Below are positions 38,602 through 51,677 of a stretch of 64,000 nucleotides of DNA, one piece after another. Below the pieces are notes generated by a model that did not search any database, was not told the origin of the DNA, and saw only the letters and a program-made list of their open reading frames with translations. This DNA is from Octopus sinensis. Taxonomy: Eukaryota. The DNA is taken from the NCBI RefSeq assembly GCF_006345805.1, contig NC_043001.1, positions 30,690,001 to 30,754,000 on the forward strand, in the 5' to 3' direction. Each line of letters begins with the position of its first letter. Position 1 is the first letter of the stretch. A program made the translations under genes and the position numbers.

Positions 38602-39112
38602 CCATATTTTAGCATGTATAAGGAACCTCCTAATTTTTGGGACTTAAAATTTGGGAAGAAGGTTTTGTAAGGGATTATAACAGAGGCACCATTCGAGCAT
38701 GATCGTTACCAGCATCAGCTTACTGATACTTGTGCTGGTGGCATGTGACAAAACATTCGAGCGAGCTCGTTGCCAGTGCCGCTGGACTGGCTCCTGTGCA
38801 GGTGGCACATAAAAAACACCATTTGAGCATGGCCGTTGCCAGTACCACCTGATTGGCCCTTGTGATGGTGGCACGGAAAAGCACCCACTACACTCTTGGA
38901 GTGGTTGGCGTTAGGAAGGGCATCCAGCTGTAGAAACTCTGCCAGATCAAGATTGGAGCCTGGTGCAGCCATCTGGTTCGCCAGTCCTCAGTCAAATCGT
39001 CCAACCCATGCTAGCATGGAAGTAGACGTTAAACGATGATGATCCATGTATAAGAAACTCCCATATTTTTTTAACCTAAGTTAAAGAGTCCCTTATACAT
39101 GTTAAAATACGG
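38602..39112. mobile_element. pogo-like MITE carrying a nested family-D SINE (about 38683-39043)
   Basis: TIR CCATATTTTAGCATGTATAAGG / CCTTATACATGTTAAAATACGG, flanked by TA. Confidence 0.75.
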
Positions 39113-39785
39113 TATTTCAAATTTTAAAAGGTATGGGACTAGTGTAGATTTCTAGCTCTATTATAGTAATATTTTAGTAGAAGGGTGCATAGTAGGGCCA
39201 ACTGACTTATAGGTCTTTCTACTATATGTACAAGATCTGAATGTTTATGGGAGAAGGGGCTAGTTGTTTACATCAACCCCTAGTGCTCAACTGGTACTTG
39301 TTTTATTGAGTAAGAAAGGATGAAAGGCAAAGTTAACCTCAGCAGTATTTGAACTCAGCATGTTGTTGGAAGAAATACTACCAAACATTTTTTTTCCAGT
39401 GTGTTAACGAATCTACCAGTTCACTACTTTTTAACTGGTCATAATGAAGGCTTCTACTGAATTTTATGAACTTTAATTTGGTAGGATGAAAATTAAAATT
39501 TTTATAGCAAGTATGGCTGTGTGGTTAACAAGTTTGCATCCCATCCACATGGTTTCAGGTTCAATTTCATAGTGTGGCACCTTGGGCAATTGTCTTCTAC
39601 TATAGCCCTGAGCTTTGTCAGTGAATTTGATTGATGGAAACTGAAAGAAGCCTATTGTGTGTGTTTATGTCCCCTTGTCAGGATAGCTGTAATCAAGTGT
39701 CACTGTTGTACAAGCAGTGCCTTCTGTTTCCAAGCTTCCATAAAAATATGTCTAGTCTTGGGGTAGTATTACCTTACATATGGTA

Positions 39786-40360
39786 GTGAGCTGGCAGAAA
39801 CGTTAGCATGCTGGGTGAGATGCTTAGCAGTATTTCGTCTGCCGTTACGTTCTGAGTTCAAATTCCGCTGTTCAAATAAGTACCAGTTATGCACTGGGGT
39901 CGATATAATCGACTTAATTCGTTTGTCTGTCCTTGTTTGTCCTCTCTGTGTTTAGCCCCTTGTGGGTAGTAAAGAAATAGGTATTTCGTCTGCTGTTACC
40001 TTCTGAGTTCAAATTCCGCTGAGGTCGACTTTGCCTTTCATCCTTTCGGGATCAATAAATTAAGTACCAGTTACGCACTGGGGTTGATGTAATTGACTTA
40101 ATCTGTTTGTTTGTCCGTGTTTGTCCCCTCTTTGTGTAGCCCCTTGTGGGCAATAAAGAAATAAAAGACGCTAGCACGGCAGATGAAATACTTAGTGGTA
40201 TTTCATCTGTCTTTACATTCTGAGTTCAAATTTTGCCCAGGTCGACTTTGCCTTTCATCCTTTCAGAGTTGATAACTTAAGTACCAGTTGCATACTGGGG
40301 TTGATCTAATCAACTGGCCGCCTCCCCCAAAATTTTGAGCCTTATGCATAGAGTAGAAAA
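39786..40360 (+). mobile_element. SINE family A, dimer plus a third unit
   Basis: Head, then repeated GTATTTCGTCTG...GAGTTCAAATT...tail CCCCTTGTGGG.A.TAAAGAAATA units. Confidence 0.8.
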
Positions 40361-41709
40361 GAATATTACCTTACTTGGAAACAAGCAACATTAAGGGCAT
40401 CCAGCCATAGAAAATCTGCCTCAATAAATTCTCTTTGATCCGTGGAAGTATAGAAAAGTGGATGTTAAAATAATGAGGATAATGATGATGAAGTGGAGCT
40501 AAGTTTATCTGTTTTCTTGTTTTAATTTAGTGAATTTTGGGGTGATATCTATGAATTATAATTAATATGACTGATTCTAGAATTTAAAAAATAGGCTAAA
40601 TATAGAACATTTCTACAACACCTGAAATGATATAGTTGAAATCAAAATAGCACTTCTTAGAAGTTCTCTTAAAGTGTCATGAAATAATGAGCTTCAGTTA
40701 TGGAAATGAGTGTAATAAATACATGAATCATTTCTATTCTGTGTAACATGATAGATTGAGCTTGATGACTGACAACAACAACAACCATGATCATCATCAT
40801 CACCATTACCATCACTATCACCATCATCATCATCTGTTTGTTTTCTATGCTGGCATGTGTTGGACAGTTTGCTATACCCTGTTGCCTGAAAATTTTTACA
40901 TCATCATGCACTCCCCACTTTTCTATGCTTGCAAGGCTCAGATTTGTTGGGGCTAATTTTTTGCAGCTGGATGATCTTCCTGTCATCATCCCTCACCTGT
41001 TTCCAAGCAAGTAATATATCAACACAATCAGGCATTTTTTTCCTGGAAGACTGGAAATAAACGTCACACTTTATGATGGTGATAATTGTTTACAACCATC
41101 ACATGATGCCAAGAAAAGGGTACATACATATATGTGTGTGCGTTATAAGCTTCTTTTAGTTTCCATCTGCCAATTCCACTCACAAGGCTTTAGTCAACCT
41201 GGGGCTTCAGTAGAAAACACTTGCCCAAGCTACCATGCAGTAGGACTGAACTTGAGACTACATGGTTGAGAAGCAAGCCTCTTAACCATACAGCTGTGCC
41301 TGCACCTACATCTATGAATTTATTAATTGGTATGTTCTGTAGTGCCTTTTGTGATTTTCATTGAGAGTTTTCTCTTAAATCAACACAAATTTTAAAATTT
41401 TTATTAGAGACTGTGCAGAATACCTATAATTCTTTTGATTTTATATAGTAACTGATGACAGACCATTATAGGGATACAAATAGTTTTTTATTGGCTTAGT
41501 TATTGGAGGAAGAGCAGGTTCTTCAAAACTGGTAGAAAGAAGGAAGATCTTCAGACTAGGAACTTGTTCTGAATGTGGCAACAGTGTATTACACCACTAA
41601 AAGCTTTCATGAGCCAGGTGGTGGTGATGAATCATACAAAAGAAATTAAGATATTACAATTACTGATTTTATCAACTCTAATCATTGAAATATTTATTTA
41701 ATTATTATA

Positions 41710-42276
41710 TTGGGCTGTCCGGAAAGTTCATGCCAATTTTTAAAGGAAAGAAAAAGGTCAATAAATACTTGCCATTACATTTTTAATCAACCAAATATGA
41801 ACCATTTTGTTGCACAATGCGTCTCCATTTTTCCTTTAACTTGAAAATACTCTCTTCCCAGAATTGAAGTGGTTTCATGGCAAATAATTCATCAAGGTAT
41901 CTTTTTATGTCATCCAAGGAATTGAAATTTTTTACCTTTAAGACTATTCTGCAGAGACCTGAATAAATGGAAATCAGAAGGTGCAATATCTGGTGAATAT
42001 ATAGGGTGGGGTAATGCATCCCTGCCGAGCTGCAGCAATTTTTGACTGCTTCCCAAAGCATCAAGTGCCAAAAGTGAACTTTCTTATCTTCCATTCTAAA
42101 GGGTTACAGAATTAACACAAGTTGTAGGAACATAAACCTTCTTCCATGAAAAGATAGCTTAAACTGTGCTCTAAATGGAAGTGTAGTCAAACCCTATTTT
42201 ATGGACTCAACCATGTTCTGAAATAAGTCAAAAGGTAAGCTGCTATAAATTGGCATGAACTTTCCGGACAGCTTAA
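41710..42276 (-). mobile_element. Internally deleted mariner element
   Basis: TIR TTGGGCTGTCCGGAAAGTTCATGCCAATTT / AAATTGGCATGAACTTTCCGGACAGCTTAA, flanked by TA. Minus frames HPIYSPDIAPSDFHLFRSLQN and ...WRRIVQQNGSYLVD*. Confidence 0.9.
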
Positions 42277-44544
42277 TATTTATAATTAATGTTTTATGAA
42301 CTGAAAAATCATAAAAGATAAAATCTGACAATTATATTCATAATTAATCTTTTATGAACTGAAAAATTATTGTAATTATTTAGTCTGACACTCTACAAAG
42401 TGAAGGACTAAGTCAAAGTGGGATGTGAACCTTTTAAGAGGCATTAAGAATGTGCTTCTTTCTCTTGAGTCAAATCCATTTTCCCCATCCTTTTGAATTG
42501 AAATGTTTTGCACATATGCCTGTTTTATGTTTATTTTTAAGCACCAGATTATATCTTGAGACTGTCATCTTGAGATTCCTGAATGATGTTGTTTATGTCA
42601 CACATATTGCAATCTTTTCATTTGTCTTTTCTTTAGTTGAAGATTTAGTAGGGGATTCTTTATAGAAGCTCTAATAGCCTGCTGTGAATCACATCTGTGA
42701 ACACAAGCACAATGATTTTTGACTCATTTCCTCAATCTAATGATATATATTTTTTCCACTTTTATTGTACACTTAGTTATTTCTTGTACTTAAAGGGGTT
42801 TAGTAATAATAGCAATGGAATCTGAGATTGCATAGACATACAGTGTGAACCCATTTCTCATTGTCTTAGTTTTGTTTTTAAAGACAATTTCTGTTTTAAT
42901 AGAGACATATAGGTCTACCAGTTAATAGCACAACCTTAATTGTCCTTGCCATATTCCCACTGAGAGAATGATAAAAATAATTCTCACTATAAGTACATCT
43001 CAATCACAAACTCATTTCCACTTACTAAACATGATGTATTTTTGGCTAATTTTTGTGAGAGTTCAACTGTATAAACTTAGAAAATAATAGATATAGTTAG
43101 AAGTAATCAAATTGTTGTTGGGTAATACAAGTGAGCTCTGACTGAACAGACCTATGGTATACAAGTAGATGGATGTTTGGCTAGTTGTGACCCACAAATC
43201 TGTTATTCCAGATAGCTAAGAGCTGTTATCTACATGTTTGTGTGATTGTTTCTCATGCATAAAATGCTCCATCATAATTGAAAATGGACTGACTAGCTTA
43301 CAAGCTTCGAATTGTCTTCTGCGTCAGTGCAAGTATTGTATAAAGCTACTGTTTATACTTAATGGTTGGTGTGCAATTTTAAGAGAAAATAAACAAAATA
43401 GTACTTGTTGAATTGTATGTGGGGATCTCAGGCTAACTTATTTGTAAAATTAAGTAGCATTGATATCTTGACAATACAGTTTTGTTTTTCCTTTTCCTTC
43501 AAGTCATCAGCATATCAATAGTTTTACTGTTTTGGTGTGGTCTATAAAGAAATGCTTCCACAGGTTATATCCTAAAAGAACTCTTTGCCTATCTCACACC
43601 ATAATTTAATTCTTTAATGGAACCCAGTTTACCTATACTAATTTGGATGCATCCACATTGTTTTATAGAATCCCTTTTTAAGAAGCTAAACAAGGCATTT
43701 CTACTCTCACTTTCCCAAAATAGTATTTAAAACTCCTGAAGAGAAAATCATAGTTTATAGGGTTTCCCCACTTAGTGAACTATGTATTAATTAATGTGGT
43801 GAGCATAAAATCTTTGATTAATTGAGACTATACCTGCATTGGTAGAGACACAAGGCCCAGTGTTTAGGGCAGCGGACTTGTGATTGAAGAATTGCGGTTT
43901 CGATTTCCAGACCAGGCATTGTGAGTGTTTATTGAGCGAAAACACCTAAAGCTTCACAAGGCTCCAGCAGAGGGTGGTGGTGAACCCTGCTGTACACTTT
44001 CACCACAACTTTCTCTCACTCTTTCTTCCTGTTTCTGCTGTACCTGTATTTCAAGAGCCAGCCTTGTCACACTCTGTGTCACGCTGAATCTCCCCGAGAA
44101 CTACGTTAAGAGTACACATGTCTGTGGAGTGCTCAGCCACTTGCACGTTAATAAATGAGCTGCGACGTCACTGGTGCCGAGCCATATCAGCCTTTGCCTT
44201 TCCCTTGGATAACATCAGTGGCATGGAGATGGGAGGCTGGTATGCATGGGCGACTGCTGGTCTTCCATAAACAAACTTGCCCAAACTTGTGCCTTGGAGG
44301 GTAACTTTCCAGGTGCAATCCCATGGTCATTTATGACCGAAGGGGGTCACAACACAATATTGTATGACAACATGGCCTGTCTTAAAGGTGGATTACTGTG
44401 GGTAGAATTGCCATTTGTGCCATAGGTTTGCTAAGCACATCTAACCGGTGAAATATAATAACAAAGCATCTAGCAATATAACTACAAAATAACATGGACT
44501 TCGTTCAACATTGTAATTATTTAACTCTCACTTCTGTTGTCATA

Positions 44545-44801
44545 GTGGAGGAGCATGGCTTAGTGGTTAGGGTGTCAGCATCATGATCGTAAGTTTGTGG
44601 TTTCGATTCCTCGACCGGGCGATGCGTTGTGTTCTTGAGCAAAACACTTCATTTCACATTGCTCCAGTCCACTCAGCTGGCAAAAATGAGTAACACTGCG
44701 ATGGACCGGCGTCCTGTCCAGCTGGGGAACACATACGCCATTGAAACCGGGAAACCGGGCCCATGAACCTGGCTAGGCTTTAAAAGGGTGCATTTATTAT
44801 A
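44545..44801 (+). mobile_element. SINE family C, full length
   Basis: TSD TTCTGTTGTCATA at 44532-44544 and 44802-44814; A- and B-box-like motifs. Confidence 0.88.
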
Positions 44802-45870
44802 TTCTGTTGTCATAAGTCTCAGTTCACATATTACTGAATAAGTAGGGAACTATCCAACCAGTCAACAGTTTTGAAATTTGTATTTTGTCACAGGCATTGC
44901 ATTATATCTGTGAGGGAAGAGTCTTGTTTCTGAATAGCTGAGGCCATTTAGCTCCAAGGAGTAGGGTGGAGGTAGGGTGGCATGGGGAAGTATATTGTTA
45001 CCCACAGCAATTTCTCAATACTACATTAAGTTTGTAGTGTAGAGCTTGCTACTCTACTATTGCTTATATGTTTTGGACCATATACAACATCGATGATTAT
45101 AACCAATTGATCAAAGTTTGGCCTATCCAACACATTATTTGTACCAATAACAGGTGTTGAATTTCCACCAATTAAAGCACACCATTGGCTCACATGCATA
45201 TGTTGTTGAGGTCACTATTTTTTAGCAAATGAAATGGCTACCTTTTGTGTATCTGCATGGTTCTTCCAGTCATTTTCGCCCAAACCAATAGTCTGGATTT
45301 CTCAATTTTTTTTAGATTGTTGTGGGTCCACCTAAATCTTTGGTGACTAGCTTCTTGAAAAAAAAGACTTTTCTCTCATATACTTTTACTCTTTTTTTCT
45401 CACACTTGTTCTTACTCATGTGACTTTTTTTTTCACACTTGTTCTTACTCATGTGACTTTGAAAATCAGTTAGAGATAAAAAAAAAGAACATGTTTCACA
45501 AATGTAAACATTAACAGTTCTCAACTTTCACAAATATTAAGACACATTCATAAACATTTTTGTATAAATACTAATTTTTGTTTACATATCATTTTATTCA
45601 ATTTTTCAGACTGGCTTACTAAGACTGATTTATATTATTTATATCACATTGTTGATTATTGACACACAGTCTTCATCTTATTGTATTTATCTTTCAACAT
45701 CAAACCATTTTATCACCATAAACTTATCATAATCATTAAAAGTTCTTCCCTGTGGAAAAGTTACTGTGATAGACAGACACGATAGCCCAGTGAAAATTTG
45801 GCATCTACTGAATGTCACTGATTTCTGAGATAAGCACCTGCTAACTCATTTGATAGCAGTGGTTCAGTAT

Positions 45871-46209
45871 GACCACTTTACAAGTATCAACTAGATTTAT
45901 AATATTGATTTTTAACATAGGCTTAAGACCCCTAATTTTAAGGATTGGTATATTGATTAAATCAGTCCTGATACATTATTAGTGCTTTATTTTATTGATC
46001 CTGGAAGGTTGAAAGGCAAAGTTGACCTTGGTGAGAGTTGACCACTTTATAAGTATCAACCAGATTTATAATATTGATTTTTAACATAGGCCTAAGACCC
46101 CTAATTTTAAGGATTGGTATATTGATTAAATCAGTCCTGATACATTGTTAATACTTTATTTCATTGATCCTGGAAATATGAAAGGCAAAGTTGACATTGG
46201 TGAGAGTTG
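45871..46209. repeat. 169-bp tandem duplication
   Basis: GACCACTTTA.AAGTATCAAC...GGTGAGAGTT starts at 45871 and 46040; includes a decayed family-A SINE piece. Confidence 0.85.
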
Positions 46210-47124
46210 AACTCGGAACATAACAGGCTACTACTAAAAGTGTGAGGCAGTTTGATGCTTCAGCAATTCTACCAATAGGAAATGTACTAGCGTTTGTGTC
46301 CAGACACTTTCTCTAATCTCTATACCCAAAGTCAGACTGCTGAACACACATTTACTACTGCACATGTTGAGTTTTATCATCCAGATGTCATCATTGTCAT
46401 CACCTCCACTCCCACATCCTTCAGTATGTTACTTAATGGTATATCTGTTCTGTTATTTCTTCCACATTTGACAACTCAGTGATTTAAAGAATTTCCCCAG
46501 TTTTCATCATTATTAGACAATCCTAACTATGGAGTCTCTTTCCTGTGTCATTTTTTTAATGATGTGTTAAATTTCTTGTAAAAATAAAATATAGCAAAGA
46601 AATTAGCAGCAGTGCTATGGTGATGAAAATAGTGATAATGGTAGTGGTGATAGTGGTGGTGGCAGTGTGAAGAAGATGGTGATGGCATTGGTAGTGGTTG
46701 GTATTTGTGCTGGTAGTTGTAGTGACAGGAAGTGGTGGCTATGATGTTAGATGCTGGTACTTATAGTGATGATGATTTTCATCACTAATTTCCAAGATTA
46801 CTTTTGAGAAGCATAACTTCCTGCCAAATTCCTATACACACTTGACTAAGTAGATTATATTTTATATCTCAATCAATGTTCACACATGCATACACACATA
46901 CCACACACAAACTGATTCTCTCTCTCTCAACACGCAGCACACAGACACACACATTTGTATATATATGTTTATATATAACCCCTGCATCAGCACGTATGCA
47001 ATTACCCATAGACATATAGCAATACACATTATCCTTACATAAATATAAACATTTATCCATCTATATAACCCTGCATCTATATACATTCAGCTGTACCCAT
47101 ATAATGTGTGTGTATATATATATA

Positions 47125-47164
<40 letters not shown>

Positions 47165-47350
47165 CACACACACACATACACATACACACACACACACTAA
47201 CCTATTTGGGTCTTTTACATCACCATGTGAATGGTCATAACTAATTATGCATGGAATCTCTCTTCCTGTCACTCTTGGTTTCTCTCTCACTTTCTCTCTG
47301 ACTTTGTGTCTCATTCACAAAATCCCAAAAATCCTGCCCATTACAAAATG

Positions 47351-47529
47351 GGATCTTTTCATAAAATTCTAATTATTAAACAACGTTAAACTTAGAAGTT
47401 ACAATTCCGTTTTCATTCTGGTTTGCAATTAAGTTTACTTTTGACACATTCTACCAGTATACGAAGTTTCAAATTGTTTGGTTCAGTAGGAAAAATTTTA
47501 AAAAACTGGCTTCAGAATTGAAAAGATCC
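47351..47529. mobile_element. Short member of the GGATC-TIR MITE family
   Basis: Ends GGATCTTTTC / GAAAAGATCC; perfect 8-bp TSD ACAAAATG at 47343-47350 and 47530-47537. Confidence 0.85.
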
Positions 47530-47598
47530 ACAAAATGTTATGCTTCAACATCCGATGATTTCTCAGAACAGTAATATATGTATGTGTGTGTGTGTCCA

Positions 47599-47635
<37 letters not shown>

Positions 47636-47649
47636 ATGGAAATCGATCA

Positions 47650-48024
47650 ATGGAAATTGCAGATGTGTTACCAGTGCCGGTGGCATGTAAGAGAACCTTC
47701 CGTTTCGCGACCGTTGCCAGCACCGCCCCGTTTCGTGTCCGTTGCCAGCCTTGCCTGGCCCTTGTGCCGGTGGCACATAAAAAGCACCATCTGATCGTGG
47801 CCGTTTGCCAGCCTCGTTTGGCACCTGTGCTGGTGGCATGTAAAAAGCACCCACTACACTCACGGAGTGGTTGGCATTAGGAAGGGCATCCAGCCGTAGA
47901 AACACTGCCAGATTTGACTGGGCCTGATGAAGCCTTCTGGCTTCACAGACCCCAGTAGAACTGTCCAACCCATGCTAGCATGGAAAACGGACGCTAAACG
48001 ATGATGATGATGATGATGATGATA
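47650..48024 (+). mobile_element. SINE family D
   Basis: About three hairpin units, then the RTE-like tail and (GAT)n. Confidence 0.8.
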
Positions 48025-48248
48025 TATATTGCAAATAAGAAAATGGAGAAGCACAATATTTGGTTCATCAACTTTAGGACATTAAAATGTTAACTTATTT
48101 ATTTATTAAAATGATAATTATAATAACATACATACATACACATAGCATATTATTCTATGCATATAAAATAAGAATGCAAGCAATTATTAAAAAACATGAA
48201 TATAAATTATTAATTACTAAATTATTATTATTATTATTATCATTATTA

Positions 48249-48282
<34 letters not shown>

Positions 48283-48299
48283 CATCATCATTATTTTAT

Positions 48300-49118
48300 A
48301 TATATTTATCATCATCATCATCATCATTTAGCGTCCGTTCTCCATGCTAGCATGGGTTGGACGGTTCAACTGGGGTCTGTGAAGCTGGAAGGCTTCATCA
48401 GGCCCAGTCAGATCTGGCAGTGTTTCTACGGCTGGATGCCCTTCCTAACGCCAACCACTCTGTGAGTGTAGTGGGTGCTTTTTACGTGCCACCCGCACAG
48501 GTGCCAGACAGAGCTGGCAAACGGCCACGAACGGATGGTGCTTTTACGTGTCACCGGCACGGAGCCAGGCGAGGCTGGCAACGGACACGAACGGATGGTG
48601 CTTTTACGCGCCACCAACATGGGGGCCAGACAGAGCTGGCAAACGGCCACGAAACGGATGGTGCTTTTACGTGTCACCAGCACGGGGGCCAGGCGAGGCT
48701 GGCAATGGACACGAACGGATGGTGCTTTTACATGCCACCGACACGGGGGCCAGACAGGGCTGGCAGACGGCCACGAACGGATGGTGCTTTTATGTGTCAC
48801 TGGCACGGGGGCCAGGCAAGGCTGGCAACGGACACGAACGGATGGTGCTTTTACATGTCACCGACATGGGGGCCAGACAGGGCTGGCAAACGGCCACGAA
48901 CGGATGGTGCTTTTTCATGTCACCGACATGGGGGCCAGACAGGGCTGGCAAACGCCCACGAACGGATGGTGCTTTTACGTGTCACCGGCACGGGGGCCAG
49001 ACAGAGCTGGCAAACGGCCACAAACGGATGGTGCTTTTACGTGTCACCGGCACGGGGGCCAGGCCAGGCTGGCAACGAACACAAACGGCTGGTGCTTTTA
49101 CGTGCCACAGACACGGGG

Positions 49119-49122
<4 letters not shown>
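48300..49122 (-). mobile_element. SINE family D with an expanded ~61-bp tandem array (48474-49122)
   Basis: Ten full units plus one partial, each starting GGTGCTTTT; two unit types A and B. Confidence 0.85.
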
Positions 49123-49153
<31 letters not shown>

Positions 49154-49840
49154 GTATGTAGTTATTACCTAAACTTTTTTCCCAGTACTTCAACTTACAT
49201 TATTGGTTAGCTTTTACAGAGCAAGAAGGTGACCCACATTGCTGTACAGCTTACATATAGGGCATGGTTCTTCTGTTATGCATAGATGTACACACACAAA
49301 TATTCTAGAACTCTCCAAAAGAACAATATCTAGTTGACTGGAACAGACTCACTCAACAACACATTACAACCTCTACCTTACAGATGTTTCTTTTTTCTTT
49401 TCTCTGCCTTTTCTGGCTCATCTACAAAACCTTACGTTTATTAGAATTATTCGGATACTTACTACCTCTACCCTGGCCCATTTCTTTTCCGTTTTCATCA
49501 CCTTGAATGTATCTCATACCTCAAACCATATCCTAATAATTATCCTCAGAGTTTTTAGCCATCTGGAATTTATTCCTCCTCTATGTTTCAGCTAGAGGCA
49601 CCAAACTACAGAAGCCAAAGCTGATTATTAGTGACATAAATCTTACCTGTCTGGGAGGTCCAGCAAAACGCCATGCCCATTGCTTCTCTTCTGACTTGTT
49701 AGTAAGAAAAAAAAAAGAACCCTTTGAACACACACATGTGGATGTACCCCCCTCCCCACTACACACAGATATAAACAAAACCACGTAGACCTGTATGCAA
49801 ATTTATATATATATATGGATACACACATGTTCATAAATAT

Positions 49841-49885
<45 letters not shown>

Positions 49886-50497
49886 GAAATATATACAAAA
49901 CCACACACATATATGCAAATTTATACATATGGGTGCACACACATATATAAATATAAGTAAATACACACACTATATAAATACATATATGAGCATATAAAAC
50001 ATACACAAAATATTCAAATCCTTTAAAAATTTCTACCACTTTCATCATCACCATTGCTTTTATATCTGATTCTTCATACCAGGAAGGCATGGAGAGGCCT
50101 GAAACATCCTATTTTGACAGCTGTTTTTGCTTAATATTTATTCATATAATAATCCATGTTGTTGCTGTTACCATAGGTGTTTGTTTGCTCTGTCATTTCT
50201 GCTTGAGCAGATCTATGCAATAACTGACTGGGGCAATACAGTAACAATAATCTTGCCCAATCCTTCCACCCTGAGATTAATTAGAAGTAATCCCACCGGT
50301 CCAGTATCCAAGTCATGTTAAGCTTGAAAGGAAATACTAAAGAGGTATATGTTATGTCATGAGATGTAGTAGAGACTAATGCCTTGAACTAGATCCTTTG
50401 TCCTTAGTCTTTAACCTCTACTTCATATAGAGTATATGAACTCTATAGTTCATATACTTCATGCAGTATATGAATTCTATTTAAAATTTCTTATTCA

Positions 50498-51580
50498 GGC
50501 ATTGCTGTTTGGTTAGAAGTATCATTCTCAGCCATGTGGTTTCAGATTCAGTCTCACTGTGTGACACCTTGAGCAAGTGTCTTCTACTATAGCCTTGTCC
50601 CAACCGAAGCCTTGTGGATTTAGTGGACAGAAACTGAAAGAAGCCTATTATGTGTGTACAGACACACACACACAGTAAAATGAAGATTCACATAGAATCA
50701 GTACTTGAAAAGATACATGAGCTGTGACAGTGAAGGACATGAGTAGGCTTGAAAGAAATGAAGCTAGCATGATCCGCTGGATGTGTAATGTCAGTGTGCA
50801 CACACGACAGAGTGTAAGCACCCTGAGAGAAATGTTGGACATAAGAAGCATCGGATGTGGCATTGCTGTTGGTTAGAAGTATCATTCTCAGCCATGTGGT
50901 TTCAGATTCAGTCTCACTGTGTGACACCTTGAGCAAGTGTCTTCTACTATAGCCTTGTCCCAACCGAAGCCTTGTGGATTAGTGGACAGAAACTGAAAGA
51001 AGCCTATTATGTGTGTACAGACACACACACACAGTAAAATGAAGATTCACATAGAATCAGGTACTTGAAAAGATACATGAGCTGTGACAGTGAAGGACAT
51101 GAGTAGGCTTGAAAGAAATGAAGCTAGCATGATCCGCTGGATGTGTAATGTCAGTGTGCACACACGACAGAGTGTAAGCACCCTGAGAGAAATGTTGGAC
51201 ATAAGAAGCATCGGATGTGGCATTGCTGTTTGGTTAGAAGTATCATTCTCAGCCATGTGGTTTCAGATTCAGTCTCACTGTGTGACACCTTGAGCAAGTG
51301 TCTTCTACTATAGCCTTGTCCCAACCGAAGCCTTGTGGATTTAGTGGACAGAAACTGAAAGAAGCCTATTATGTGTGTACAGACACACACACACAGTAAA
51401 ATGAAGATTCACATAGAATCAGGTACTTGAAAAGATACATGAGCTGTGACAGTGAAGGACATGAGTAGGCTTGAAAGAAATGAAGCTAGCATGATCCGCT
51501 GGATGTGTAATGTCAGTGTGCACACACGACAGAGTGTAAGCACCCTGAGAGAAATGTTGGACATAAGAAGCATCGGATGT
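50498..51580. repeat. Three near-identical tandem copies of a ~361-bp unit (family-B SINE fragment plus RTE fragment)
   Basis: Units start at 50498, 50859 and 51219; the differences I see are single-base indels. Confidence 0.9.
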
Positions 51581-51677
51581 GGCATGCAAGAGAGATGTTT
51601 GTGCTGGTATGGTCATATACTATGGATGGATAAGGAGAGCTGTGTGAAGAAGTGCCACTCCCAAACAGTTGAAGGAA
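51410..51677 (+). mobile_element. RTE-X LINE 3' fragment
   Basis: RLERNEASMIRWMCNVSV...LREMLDIRSI...QERCLCWYGHILWM...VKKC. Confidence 0.8.

Noticed and set aside
46294-46482. ORF with AEHTF...HPD, reminiscent of CRTAP AAHTFLLKHPD
   Set aside because: Spacing is wrong, no acceptor, no downstream N..YY; likely chance.
47920-47950. CTGATGA followed by a GAAGCC/GGCTTC stem (hammerhead-like)
   Set aside because: No GAAA after the stem, and it is a point variant of the family-D SINE consensus.
48357-49210. Three overlapping 220-271 aa ORFs and a CRISPR-like appearance
   Set aside because: Tandem SINE units with no unique spacers, in a eukaryotic context with no cas genes; the ORFs follow from repeat periodicity.
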